Origin: Nanobdellota archaeon
Lineage (GTDB): Archaea > Nanobdellota > Nanobdellia > Pacearchaeales > GW2011-AR1
Direction of reading: 5' to 3'
Length of the DNA: 64,000 nucleotides
Assembly (NCBI GenBank): GCA_038044745.1
Contig: JBBSZK010000002.1
Coordinates: 35,790-99,789, forward strand
The position numbers and the translations under genes were made by a program. Positions 29,219 to 38,958 of this stretch are shown here, piece by piece (position 1 is the first letter of the stretch; each line of letters starts with the position of its first letter). Under the pieces are notes generated by a model. It was not told the origin of the DNA and searched no databases. It was given only the letters and a program-made list of their open reading frames with translations.

Positions 29219-30163
29219 CTACTTTTGACAAAGCGCGAGAGCGTAGGCCCCATCATCAGAGACGTAGAGCTTAACATTGTCAAAATACATTTTAAGATAA
29301 GAAAGAAATTCTTCCTTCGGATAATGATAAGATATGCCAACGACTATCTGATCGCCCTTATAAAACTGAACACGTTTTTCCTGAAAAGAAACAGTGGTAT
29401 CTTCAGCAAGTACAAAATAAAACTCAATGCGAGAGTTTCTGAACCTTATATCAAAGATAACGTCATCTTTAGAGAGCCCCAATTGAAGAGGAATGTATCT
29501 AAACATATTTTCAAAACCAGGATTTTCTTTGCACGCCTTGACAATACCCTCTTCAACATTATGGTTGTTCAACCCATTACCAATTAACAAGAAATCTCCC
29601 TCTTGCATACTCTCCTTAACTTCATAGAGAAGTTCATGGATCTCAAAATTACCCAACGTGTTCCCCATAAGCATAAACAGATTATTCTTGAAAGCCTTCT
29701 TATCAAAAAGTCTCGATATATTCTGAAGATTTTCAAAATCAGAAATATTCCAACCAACATCAACAACCTCTGCATTTTCAAGATGACGGACATTGTTTAT
29801 TGCGGTCTTCACCATATATCCACTAATATCAATGGGATAATATCTAACCTTATTCTTGTTACGCATCTTCTCTATCAAAAAAGCGGCTTTCTTACCATCA
29901 CCACATCCCAAATCGATAAGGTTTACCGAATTAGACTTTAGCACGGAAAGAATGTCCATAAAATGTCTTTGGATTAATTGGGATTCCTTAGGCCTAACAT
30001 CTTTCTGATAGCCTGGATGTTGAGTCAGTTCCAAATATGCCTTCGCCTGCTCAGGAGTTATATACCACAACTTCGAATCAGCAATGTTCCAAATCCGAGT
30101 CTTGCCTTCTAACGAATAACCTCTACGAACAAGCTCCCTAAAAATTAATGAGTTAATTTTCAT
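29219..30163 (-). CDS. EgtD-like SAM-dependent methyltransferase, tandem paralog of 28242..29174 (lower GC)
   Basis: LIDLGCGDGKKAAFL, LMGNTLGNFEIHE, FLLIGNG. The N-terminus MKINSLIFRELVRRGYSLEGKTRIWNIA parallels the MFEQLVLKELVKNGYSVERGKRVWNIA of the neighbour. Confidence 0.6.
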   Translation of the reverse strand: MKINSLIFRELVRRGYSLEGKTRIWNIADSKLWYITPEQAKAYLELTQHPGYQKDVRPKESQLIQRHFMDILSVLKSNSVNLIDLGCGDGKKAAFLIEKMRNKNKVRYYPIDISGYMVKTAINNVRHLENAEVVDVGWNISDFENLQNISRLFDKKAFKNNLFMLMGNTLGNFEIHELLYEVKESMQEGDFLLIGNGLNNHNVEEGIVKACKENPGFENMFRYIPLQLGLSKDDVIFDIRFRNSRIEFYFVLAEDTTVSFQEKRVQFYKGDQIVVGISYHYPKEEFLSYLKMYFDNVKLYVSDDGAYALALCQK

Positions 30164-30290
30164 AGACGGCCCTCCAGAACAAAACCTTCTGCATAATCTT
30201 CGAAAATAGCCGCCTTTTTAACCCTTCCGTTTTGCAGGTGTTCCATGCAAATAGTAACGTTTAAAACCGCTTTTCAACTCGTTTCAAAAT

Positions 30291-30363
30291 GCCCTTGTAG
30301 TCTAGTGGCCAAGGACGTCGCCCTTTCGCGGCGAAAACCCGGGTTCAAATCCCGGCAGGGGCA
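30291..30363 (+). tRNA. tRNA-Glu (anticodon UUC)
   Basis: Hand fold: acceptor GCCCUUG/CAGGGGC (one G-U), D stem GUCU/AGGAC, anticodon stem UCGCC/GGCGA, loop CUUUCGC, T arm CCGGG-UUCAAAU-CCCGG, discriminator A. No encoded CCA. Confidence 0.8.
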
Positions 30364-30380
30364 TAAACCATTTTGGCATT
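30351..30380 (+). repeat. attL: 30-bp direct repeat (cccggcaggggcataaaccattttggcatt) overlapping the last 13 nt of tRNA-Glu
   Basis: Exact copy at 57948..57977. The flanking sequence diverges on both sides. Confidence 0.8.
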
Positions 30381-30445
30381 TTCACGGAAACTCGGTCAGC
30401 CAAACGGCGGACATTGCTTATAACATAAATGTGCCCTAAAAGCAC

Positions 30446-31594
30446 ATGAAGATAGACCCATATAATAACAAAGAAAGATACCTTGCATGGCAACAATCGA
30501 CTACCAAGGGTATTCCCAATATTTCAAGCCAAAACTCTGAGATCATACTTCACTATCTAGAAGATATGGAAAGAGGGCTGAATGTAGCAATTGGAAGCCC
30601 AAAGGGTGGCCGAAGTTACCATAGATTAAATTCTCTAAAGGAACGGATGATTTTCTTTGCCAGACAATTTGCAGAACGACACGGAACAATAAAGCTGACA
30701 GAGATTACAGAGGATCAAATGTTAAACTTCTTCTTTGACATGAGAAAAGGGATAGTGAAAAAGCAAGACGGAGGCACCTATAAATCGGTCGATACATACG
30801 CTCGCATTTTTAGAGCATTTTGGCATTGGCACCAAAAAACGAGCAAGAAGCAAGGAATAGAAATCTCAGATATAACGACAGACTTGGACACAAGTGAAGA
30901 AAAACCAGACTGGGTATATCTCACAGAAAAACAAGTAAAGACGCTTGCTGAAAGCGTAAAATTCGATCATAAGGTGCTTATCATGTTTCTTTTCGATTCG
31001 GGAATACGCGCACCAACAGAACTCATCAACGTAAAAGTGTCCGATCTACACAACAATTGCAAGGAGCTTAATATTAGACAAGAAGTAAGTAAAACCTTCG
31101 GCCGTAGGATTAAACTCCTCATCTGTTCGGAACTGCTAAAAGAATACATCGAAAATAACGCCCTTCGGCCAGACGATACTCTTTTCGACATAAGTCCGCC
31201 CGTGTTTAACCGGTTCCTCAAAAGAGCAGGGTTAAAATTGTTCGGCGATAAACCCAGTCCTGCAGGACAAAATTATTCCGAGCTTACTATGTACGATTTT
31301 CGACACTGTTCTTGCTGTTACTGGTTACCACGATATAAATCGGAATCTGCCCTCAAATACAGATTTGGCTGGAAAAAAAGCGAAAAGATTCATTACTACA
31401 GTGAATTGCTAGGTATGAAAGACACAATCTCCGAAGAAGACCTCCTAATAGACACAACAAAGATAGAAATCGAGCAAAGACTCGAACGCTCAGAAAAAGA
31501 AAAAGCCATTATGCAAGATAGGATTAAGACAATGGAGTTGCAAATGGTCAATATAATGGAACTTGTCAAGCAACTCGAGATGGCTCATAAATAG
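30446..31594 (+). CDS. int: tyrosine recombinase / integrase (phage-integrase family)
   Basis: C-terminal catalytic region FDSGIRAPTELINVKVSDL...MYDFRHCSCCYWL...KIHYYSELLG is consistent with the R..H-x-x-R..Y arrangement. Lies beside the tRNA att site. Confidence 0.75.
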   Translation: MKIDPYNNKERYLAWQQSTTKGIPNISSQNSEIILHYLEDMERGLNVAIGSPKGGRSYHRLNSLKERMIFFARQFAERHGTIKLTEITEDQMLNFFFDMRKGIVKKQDGGTYKSVDTYARIFRAFWHWHQKTSKKQGIEISDITTDLDTSEEKPDWVYLTEKQVKTLAESVKFDHKVLIMFLFDSGIRAPTELINVKVSDLHNNCKELNIRQEVSKTFGRRIKLLICSELLKEYIENNALRPDDTLFDISPPVFNRFLKRAGLKLFGDKPSPAGQNYSELTMYDFRHCSCCYWLPRYKSESALKYRFGWKKSEKIHYYSELLGMKDTISEEDLLIDTTKIEIEQRLERSEKEKAIMQDRIKTMELQMVNIMELVKQLEMAHK

Positions 31595-31676
31595 ATTGCC
31601 CTAGTGTTTTTGAACTTGATCGATTGGTAACGCAGGTCTAGTTTCAGCATCGTCAAGTCTATAAAAGAGAAGACTT

Positions 31677-32843
31677 TTACTTGGCTAATTCGGCATCTAT
31701 GATTTCCTTGAAAACCGAGTAAGGTTGAGAGCCAGTCAAAGGGATCTCGTTTATGAAAAAATGAGGAGTTCCAGTTATTTTTGAAACTTGAGCATCAATT
31801 ATATCTTCTTGAACCTCTTCAGCAACGTCCGTTTCTTTAAGAAAATTAGTAATCTCAAATCCGATTTCTTTTGCCCACTTAACTAGGTCTGCTTCGAAAA
31901 AATCGACTGCACGAGTTACTTCACCTCCAGCCAAACCGCTGTCTTTAATACTCTGTTCTTTGAATATCTTTTCATACATTTTCCAATGAGCTTCGAGCCC
32001 GTAGTTCTGAAGGACAAATTCTGCGGCCTGTGCCGCAATATTAGCAGACGGATGAAACCCTAAAGGAAAGTCTCTCACAACAAACTTAACCTTCCCAGTA
32101 TCAACGTAATCCTTCTTCAATAAGGGCAATGTTTCTTTCCAAAATTTTCTACAAAATGGACACTGATAATCAAAGAACTCAAGGACGGTTACTGGAGCAT
32201 CAGCCTTTCCTATAAATGGGTCGTTCTCGTTTATTAATGCAGGCAAAGAAGATTGTTCTCCGTTTATGATACTCGCGGAGTAAATATTAAGCAGGTCTAT
32301 CATATTCTGAAGACAGTCGAGCGCATCCTCTTTGTAGTCTCTTCCTATACTGGGGTGGATATTATCATTTCTTTTCTTTTTTATCTGGTGTAAAACTCCA
32401 CAAATGTGCTCATCTAAACCAGCAACAGAAAAAAGAGTATCTATTTTTTCATCTTGACTAATTCTACCGAATTTCTCTAGTCTTCTTTTAGCAAGGCTTC
32501 TCTCTAACCCTTGTTGATAGAGATAAAGTTCGTAGAGGTAGACGCAAAATAACTCCGCCGTAATCCCCACCGATGCGATAGTCGAAAGGTATTGCTCATT
32601 CACATAGCAAAAAATTGCCTCCTTAAGACTGTCAACGACCGATCTGGGGACGTTATAGGCTCTCACATCACAGCCTATTTCGATAAAGCTATTGGCGATC
32701 GAAGAGACGTCTCGTGTATACTCTCCCACAAGCAATCCTGCGAGTCTTTCGGCCGCTTCCTTCTTAGCTGATTCGTCAGTTATCGAAGTCAATTCTTTGA
32801 GAATCGAGAATATGTTGTTCCAATAATGTTGTATGATCGCCAT
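31677..32843 (-). CDS. fusion protein: N-terminal DUF4145-like domain + C-terminal DsbA-like thioredoxin-fold domain (CPFC active site), no signal peptide
   Basis: FFDYQCPFCRKFW...GTPHFFING is a DsbA-type motif. The N-terminal region carries a HICGVLHQIKKKRNDNIHPS block like DUF4145. Confidence 0.55.
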   Translation of the reverse strand: MAIIQHYWNNIFSILKELTSITDESAKKEAAERLAGLLVGEYTRDVSSIANSFIEIGCDVRAYNVPRSVVDSLKEAIFCYVNEQYLSTIASVGITAELFCVYLYELYLYQQGLERSLAKRRLEKFGRISQDEKIDTLFSVAGLDEHICGVLHQIKKKRNDNIHPSIGRDYKEDALDCLQNMIDLLNIYSASIINGEQSSLPALINENDPFIGKADAPVTVLEFFDYQCPFCRKFWKETLPLLKKDYVDTGKVKFVVRDFPLGFHPSANIAAQAAEFVLQNYGLEAHWKMYEKIFKEQSIKDSGLAGGEVTRAVDFFEADLVKWAKEIGFEITNFLKETDVAEEVQEDIIDAQVSKITGTPHFFINEIPLTGSQPYSVFKEIIDAELAK

Positions 32844-32901
32844 AGATCAAATCCTAGTTTTATGTTTATTAGTTTTTGTATACTCAAATAAACCACCTTC
32901 T

Positions 32902-34017
32902 CTAATGATTTTCAATCAAAGAGACAAGAAGATTTATCTTCTCAAACAACTCATCAAAGGTAATTATCTCTATGTTGGACAACTCATTTCTAAAAATATC
33001 GAAGGACTTCATTTTTTCTAAATCGTTAAGTTCATCTATCGCGTTTCCGATAATTATGAATCCTCGTGGATTATAGGAATTAAATTTTGTATCTGAAGCT
33101 GCAGAGAGATTGTTAAACTCCTTAACTAAATCATCCCTCATCACACATACTTGAGTAACTGCTCCGCTAAGTTCCGGAGAGATGGAGTAGATATTATTTC
33201 TATATTTAGCTCCAATTATTTTAGCAACAGGGGTCTTTATTTCAACGATGCAGATGTTATTAGTTATTTTGTTTCTATAAAGAAAATCAGCATAATTTCC
33301 GCCTTGATTTTCTATCCCCTTTCCCCCAACATAGGCCTTATCTTTCAGAATAATATTTGGAGCAGGAGAAATATGTGAAAGAACCCAAGAATTATCTTTA
33401 AGGAGTGTCTGCCAGAATTCTTCTCTAGAATTATTCTTATTATTTTCCCATGCTTCAGTCATCCTCTTAAGAGAAGCTATATTCACCAGAGAAGAGAGTT
33501 TTTCTCCATCCTGGGTTGTTAGTTTCTTTATTGCCTGAACAAGAGCAGGAATATTGCTTGATTGGGCCACTCCAACAATAATTTCTTCTAATGTGGCAGA
33601 TCCACTTCTTTCGATTATTTTTCTGATTGCTTCACGATTCTTCAATAAATCATCTACGACCTCTCCGAGGTTCTCGTCAGTGATAGTTATCGTGTGTGTG
33701 CCCGATTTTATCCCCAATTTTTCGTAAATTTTATAACATTTATCCAACTCACTAATAAGAGTAAATAACTCTTCAGAGTGCAATTGCAATTGAGTCCATT
33801 CACCTGCCTTCAACTTATTTGCGTCAATATCTTTGTAATTTTCCCATTCTTCATTTTTACCTTTTCTTTGGAGGCGGAAAGTCCCTTTTACACTGGCCTT
33901 CGGATTCTTCTCGTTTTCTACGATAAGAGGATAAAATAAAAGTCGAGTCGTTGTTGTTTCTCGTAAGGTAATTGGGGGCGCTTCAGCAGAAGTTGAAGAT
34001 GTTGATTTGATTAGCAT
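32902..34017 (-). CDS. PD-(D/E)xK nuclease-fold protein downstream of res; possible Shedu-like (DUF4263-type) defense nuclease
   Basis: NYADFLYRNKITNNICIVEIKTP provides the D...ExK core. 371 aa. Co-oriented with and immediately downstream of the type III R-M. Confidence 0.4.
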   Translation of the reverse strand: MLIKSTSSTSAEAPPITLRETTTTRLLFYPLIVENEKNPKASVKGTFRLQRKGKNEEWENYKDIDANKLKAGEWTQLQLHSEELFTLISELDKCYKIYEKLGIKSGTHTITITDENLGEVVDDLLKNREAIRKIIERSGSATLEEIIVGVAQSSNIPALVQAIKKLTTQDGEKLSSLVNIASLKRMTEAWENNKNNSREEFWQTLLKDNSWVLSHISPAPNIILKDKAYVGGKGIENQGGNYADFLYRNKITNNICIVEIKTPVAKIIGAKYRNNIYSISPELSGAVTQVCVMRDDLVKEFNNLSAASDTKFNSYNPRGFIIIGNAIDELNDLEKMKSFDIFRNELSNIEIITFDELFEKINLLVSLIENH

Positions 34018-34079
34018 ATTATCAATCTAAAATTCACCCTTCGAGTTATAAATTCTCCTACACTACACTCAAAAGGTGT

Positions 34080-36266
34080 CTAAAACTCTAAGAACTTCCA
34101 GTCTTTACCTAAATTCGCTTCATTAAATTCGTACTTTTTACTATCATTGTAACGCCAACTGCCGTCCTTTGATACAGCTATTCCGCCCCATAATTTCTTG
34201 CCCTTTTTATTCTCTCTTTCAATGTAATGTGCTAAAGCCTCGGCCTTAGGTTTTGCGTCTTCGGCAGTCCTACCGGACTTCGTATCAAACAGCCCAACAC
34301 TTCCGTCTTTCATATAAACGATAAAGTCGACATAAAATGCCCTTTCAATACCATTTTCATCACTATACTTTACGGCAAACCATTTTATTTCGCTTTCTCC
34401 ATTTTTGAACCACCAAATCACCTTATTGCCTGCCTTTTCTAAAAGCTCGATGAATTCTTTTTCTGGTTTGCTACCTTCTTTTGCATATACGGGAACCATT
34501 ATGCTCTTCTTATAAGGCATTTTGACATATCTACTATTATGTTCGATCATTTCAGGAACCTCCCAAATGACAGGAACTTCTTCTCTCTGTTCTGCCAAAT
34601 TTTTGATAATTTTCTCAGTATATTCTTCTTTGGCCTTGTTGACTAAATCAAACAAGATTTGCCTATTTGCCTCACTTAATACTAACTTTTGTACATCGTC
34701 CCAATCTTCAACATCAACGACTTTTTCGAATAACTTGTATAACGCAGTCCTCATTACACCGCTCGAGTCTGCCGGGGCGAATGGAGTACATAGTTCTCGA
34801 AGAAGTAAATCAAAGCGATATTGTAGCTCTTTGGGAGTAAGATTGACCTTGATTCCTTCTTTATCTGACTTTACTATCTGCGCCTCATCTAGCTTAACGA
34901 TTTTACCATCGACCATTATACTCGCGATTAACTTGCCCCGATCTCTACTTATTTTTCTACCAAAATTTTGCTTTTTCCCTTCTTCTACTAATATTTTTGA
35001 AAATTCTCCCGAGAGCCTAGTCTTCTCTCTCTGTCTTTTCAAATAGATAGAATTTAGCTGAAGATTCTTATATATTACGTCATTTCTTTTTGATTCATAG
35101 ACAGTTAAGTAATCTTTGGCGATATCCTCAGCAATTTCTATGTTTGAAAGATTTGTATATACATATCCTCTGTTTAGCTTATCATTTTCATAATGTTTAA
35201 GTTCTGGCATTCGCATGATTCTTCCAACTGTCTGGATAGAGAAAACAAGGCTTTGCCATTCTCTAAACAACACCAGAATTTGAGCCCTTGGACAGTCCCA
35301 GCCTAGTGAAATAGCGTGCTTGAAGATAAGAACCTCAACATCGCTTTCATTTTTCTCTATATTTGCTAGATTAGGAGTCTTGTCTTCAGAAAGCCATCTC
35401 GCTAACTTGCCATTTTCTTCAGTTATCTTAAACTTATCTCGAAGTATTTGCTCTATATCGTCTTTCCTATCTATGACTCCAGTTTTTTTGTCAGGAAGTT
35501 GAATAAGGACTAAAGGGTTAATTTTTACCCCTTCTTTTGCGTAGGCCTTTAGAATTTCTTCGCGTTTCTTAAGTGCACACTCTAAAACTAGCTCGTCTGC
35601 ACTTTTCTTTATCTTTTCCTTATCAATTTCAGGATTTATTGAAACCTCTTTTTTGATCATTCCCTCCTCAATAACTTTTGCGAAATCAACCTCCACCATA
35701 TGACCCTCCAATTTTGGAGGTGTTGCAGTTACCTCGATAGCAACTTTGGGTGCGATCTCAGCAACAATTTCTTTCGATTTTTCACTCTTCGCAGTATGAT
35801 GGCTTTCATCAATTACAAGTATTATCTCTTGACCATCTTCTTTTGTATTTGCAATTACTGTGGAAAGGTTGTTGTCTTGTTCATTATCGCGAACATAGAG
35901 GTTTTCTTTTTTGTTGATACTTTCCCAATTGAAAAATAGAACTTCGTTCTCCCCTATTCTCTTATCTTCTAAATCTTCAAAGTCTGAGCATTTAATAATC
36001 CTAGAATCTTCAAAAAAACGGTCTAATTTTTCCTTGCTTTGTGTATGCAACTGACGAACCGAAATCCAGATAAAAGATAGGCGTTTGTTGTCAATTCTGT
36101 CAGTAACGAGTCTCTTTAACGCTTCAGCCATCATAATTGTCTTTCCGCTTCCTGTTGGAGCCTTGAAAACACAGACTTTGTTCTCCGAGAAATCAAGTAA
36201 TCGGTTCACGGTATCTCTTAATTCAGAAACCGCATCTTCTTGATAACCCTTTAATTCAATTATCAT
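34080..36266 (-). CDS. res: type III restriction enzyme, Res subunit (SF2 helicase + C-terminal nuclease domain)
   Basis: Walker A KAPTGSGKT, DEAH box VIDESHH, helicase motif VI QTVGRIMR. C-terminal FYVDFIVYMKDGSVGLFDTKSG is a PD-ExK-like nuclease block. 4-nt overlap with mod. Confidence 0.85.
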   Translation of the reverse strand: MIIELKGYQEDAVSELRDTVNRLLDFSENKVCVFKAPTGSGKTIMMAEALKRLVTDRIDNKRLSFIWISVRQLHTQSKEKLDRFFEDSRIIKCSDFEDLEDKRIGENEVLFFNWESINKKENLYVRDNEQDNNLSTVIANTKEDGQEIILVIDESHHTAKSEKSKEIVAEIAPKVAIEVTATPPKLEGHMVEVDFAKVIEEGMIKKEVSINPEIDKEKIKKSADELVLECALKKREEILKAYAKEGVKINPLVLIQLPDKKTGVIDRKDDIEQILRDKFKITEENGKLARWLSEDKTPNLANIEKNESDVEVLIFKHAISLGWDCPRAQILVLFREWQSLVFSIQTVGRIMRMPELKHYENDKLNRGYVYTNLSNIEIAEDIAKDYLTVYESKRNDVIYKNLQLNSIYLKRQREKTRLSGEFSKILVEEGKKQNFGRKISRDRGKLIASIMVDGKIVKLDEAQIVKSDKEGIKVNLTPKELQYRFDLLLRELCTPFAPADSSGVMRTALYKLFEKVVDVEDWDDVQKLVLSEANRQILFDLVNKAKEEYTEKIIKNLAEQREEVPVIWEVPEMIEHNSRYVKMPYKKSIMVPVYAKEGSKPEKEFIELLEKAGNKVIWWFKNGESEIKWFAVKYSDENGIERAFYVDFIVYMKDGSVGLFDTKSGRTAEDAKPKAEALAHYIERENKKGKKLWGGIAVSKDGSWRYNDSKKYEFNEANLGKDWKFLEF

Positions 36267-38008
36267 TTGAATATTCTCCTATACACATGAAGTATAACCT
36301 CAGGTATTGGGCACAATTTTGCTTTATTCTTAAGCTCTTTGAATTCCTTTTCGGGAACCTTCCCGTCTAATGAAAAGACGTAAACATGGATTTTTTTATC
36401 AAGCTTTTTAGCTTCCTTAACAAAGTCCTCAATAGAATCTTCATCAAACACAATACCCAAATAATAATTATGGTTCTTGAATATCTTCCATTCCCTCTTA
36501 CCCTTGACCGGAATGAATGCGTTTTCTTTAATGCAAATCATCTCTGTAGACTTATCCACAATTTTCTTTTTGTTTTTATCGGTAGGCGCTGAATCGACAA
36601 AGTCTGTCTTAAAGTATTTGAGATTTCCTCCGAGCCCTTCAACTCCCTCTTGACCTGAACTTTTGTACCCTTTGATGACTTTATTAATACGAGGGTAACA
36701 AACCTCTGTGCAGATATTATTTTCATTATTTGTGCATAAAATAAACCTTCGGCTTCCTCCGTCTTCCTTGTTTAAATCAAGGACTGCGTGGCCTGTTGTT
36801 CCAGAACCTGCAAAAAAGTCTAAAACTAAACCATTTTTTGTTGAACAATATCTTATCAGATCTTTAATCAAATAATGGGACTTGGGGCTATCGAATTTTT
36901 TCATCCCATCAAATAACTCTCTTAGAACAGTCGTAGCCGTGTCAGTTGAGTAATCACTATCAATAAGAAAAGATTTCATCTTCAATTTCTTCTCTTCGCC
37001 ATTTTTAAAAAGATAATCTTTCTGGAAAACATCCCATTCATTCCTACCAGAAACTATCTTAGCAACTAGTTCGATTGAACGAACAGTTACAGCCTTCTTT
37101 TCCCATCGCCAACAACCTTCATTACCATTCGACAACTTTGGAGTCACTTCGATATTATGAGTTTTTGTTTTTTCAACAGAAACAGTTTTTCCAACAGGGT
37201 CAATGTAAATTGGATAGAACAAATTCGGTCTATCTTTTCTTCGACTATTGGACCCCCTCTTTCTTAATCCTTGTAACCTATATTTGCCATTTTGGTCTTC
37301 TAAATTATATTCATCCAGAGACTCTGGAGTCATAGGAAGGCCATTTATCTCTGCCGAGGCAGTCTTTCTGTAAAAAAGAAGATATTCATGGGCTGTTGCA
37401 ACATACTTTTTATCGCTTCTTCCCGCAAGATTATTTACTAAACACACATTGGATATAAAGTTATTTCCACCAAAAATCTCGTCACATAAAATTCTCAGCT
37501 GAGCTTGTTCATTGTCATCGATAGAAATGACTATTAGGCCCCCATCTTTTAGAAGTTCTCTGGCAAGTTTAATTCTCTTTTCCATAAACGAGAGCCATTT
37601 ACTATGTCTATAAGCATCTTCTAAATCAACATATTGGTCATTGTATTTGAAATCTTTATTTCCAGTATTATATGGTGGATCGATATAAATAACATCAATT
37701 GATTTGTTATGAGTAAAGTTAAGGGCAGCTAAAGAATGATAGTTATCCCCTTCAATCAGTAAATTAAAATCTTTTTCTTTATCAGTTATAATCTCTTTAT
37801 CACTAACTTCTTTTAATACGGGCAGTTTGTGTTCCGTTCCAGGAAACTTCTCCTCTGTCTTTTGGCCATCCCAATTTATGTAGTAATCAAAAGCCTCTTT
37901 CGTTTTATCTTTTTCCCACACAAGCCCATAAGTCTTTTGTTTTCTTAATGCTTCAACCTCCTTGATTAAATCATCTTTAGACCAGCCAGACAAATCCCTT
38001 TTCACCAT
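36263..38008 (-). CDS. mod: type III R-M Mod subunit (beta-class N6-adenine DNA methyltransferase)
   Basis: Motif IV VIYIDPPYNTG precedes motif I VLDFFAGSGTTGHA, the beta-class order. 581 aa. Confidence 0.85.
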   Translation of the reverse strand: MVKRDLSGWSKDDLIKEVEALRKQKTYGLVWEKDKTKEAFDYYINWDGQKTEEKFPGTEHKLPVLKEVSDKEIITDKEKDFNLLIEGDNYHSLAALNFTHNKSIDVIYIDPPYNTGNKDFKYNDQYVDLEDAYRHSKWLSFMEKRIKLARELLKDGGLIVISIDDNEQAQLRILCDEIFGGNNFISNVCLVNNLAGRSDKKYVATAHEYLLFYRKTASAEINGLPMTPESLDEYNLEDQNGKYRLQGLRKRGSNSRRKDRPNLFYPIYIDPVGKTVSVEKTKTHNIEVTPKLSNGNEGCWRWEKKAVTVRSIELVAKIVSGRNEWDVFQKDYLFKNGEEKKLKMKSFLIDSDYSTDTATTVLRELFDGMKKFDSPKSHYLIKDLIRYCSTKNGLVLDFFAGSGTTGHAVLDLNKEDGGSRRFILCTNNENNICTEVCYPRINKVIKGYKSSGQEGVEGLGGNLKYFKTDFVDSAPTDKNKKKIVDKSTEMICIKENAFIPVKGKREWKIFKNHNYYLGIVFDEDSIEDFVKEAKKLDKKIHVYVFSLDGKVPEKEFKELKNKAKLCPIPEVILHVYRRIFK

Positions 38009-38043
38009 ACTTATTCCAGTAAAACAACATATAAAAATCTACT

Positions 38044-38364
38044 CTAATTACTATCTTTAACTCTTCCCAACAACAGCAAAATAGGCGTAACATCCTTCTT
38101 CTCTAAACTATCAAGTAACTGTTTTAGCTCTTTAGGCGAGCGATTATAAAACATAGCATACCCGAACTTGCCACGCTTTTCTTTGAGTTGGGGGAACATA
38201 TCCACGATTTCCTTTCGGAGCTGGATAATGTTCCATGCTTGAGTGCTTTCTTTGTAGGACAGCTTTCCCTTTATACTGATGCTCTCTCGGGGACTCAAAT
38301 ACAGCAAGTCTCTGATTGTGTTCTTCTCGTCTACTTCTTTTTCTTCTTTCATGTTAGTTCCCAC
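38044..38364 (-). CDS. hypothetical protein
   Basis: 106-aa ORF between mod and the CYTH gene. No motif recognised. Confidence 0.35.
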   Translation of the reverse strand: MGTNMKEEKEVDEKNTIRDLLYLSPRESISIKGKLSYKESTQAWNIIQLRKEIVDMFPQLKEKRGKFGYAMFYNRSPKELKQLLDSLEKKDVTPILLLLGRVKDSN

Positions 38365-38395
38365 TATCTGATTACCTTGAAGACGGTTTACTCTC

Positions 38396-38935
38396 TTATT
38401 TTACAAAGTTTACTTTACCTGTTGCAATATCGCATAACCAGACGTCGTTTCTAATCTTATCTCGTGATATTCCCATCTTTTCAAGCATCTGAGCGAGTGC
38501 TTCTTTCTTTTCAGCTATTTGCGATTCTTCACCATCAGTCTCGATTTCGATGAAATTTCCAATATCCTTTACTTCATCTAACGTGATGCTAAACTCGCCA
38601 AGCTTGAAAGTCTCTCGCTTTTTGTCGATAACTCCTAAAAGAGGAAAGTTAAGTCCATTTAGAATCTGTTTAAAGACTTCAAGGTTATCAACTGCTGTTT
38701 CGTATTCTTTTGTAACACCATCCGCAATATTGACATGATATGCAAATACACCTGTATTTTCGTTTGGTTTATACCTGAGACGAATATACTCTTTGGTTTT
38801 TCGCGTATCTCGTTGAGGATGATTGTAATATTCATCAATCTGATGCTTTTGTTTTTCTTCTTTAGCTCCTAACTTCTTAAGTTCTGCTTTGACTTTCTGC
38901 TTGTCTTCAAAGGTTGCTTTGATTTCAATTTCCAT
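38396..38935 (-). CDS. CYTH-domain protein (class IV adenylyl cyclase / triphosphate tunnel metalloenzyme family)
   Basis: N-terminal MEIEIKATF is the ExExK signature. 179 aa, a typical size for CyaB-like CYTH proteins. Confidence 0.7.
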   Translation of the reverse strand: MEIEIKATFEDKQKVKAELKKLGAKEEKQKHQIDEYYNHPQRDTRKTKEYIRLRYKPNENTGVFAYHVNIADGVTKEYETAVDNLEVFKQILNGLNFPLLGVIDKKRETFKLGEFSITLDEVKDIGNFIEIETDGEESQIAEKKEALAQMLEKMGISRDKIRNDVWLCDIATGKVNFVK

Positions 38936-38958
38936 GTAGTTGTATGCCTCCTTTCATG

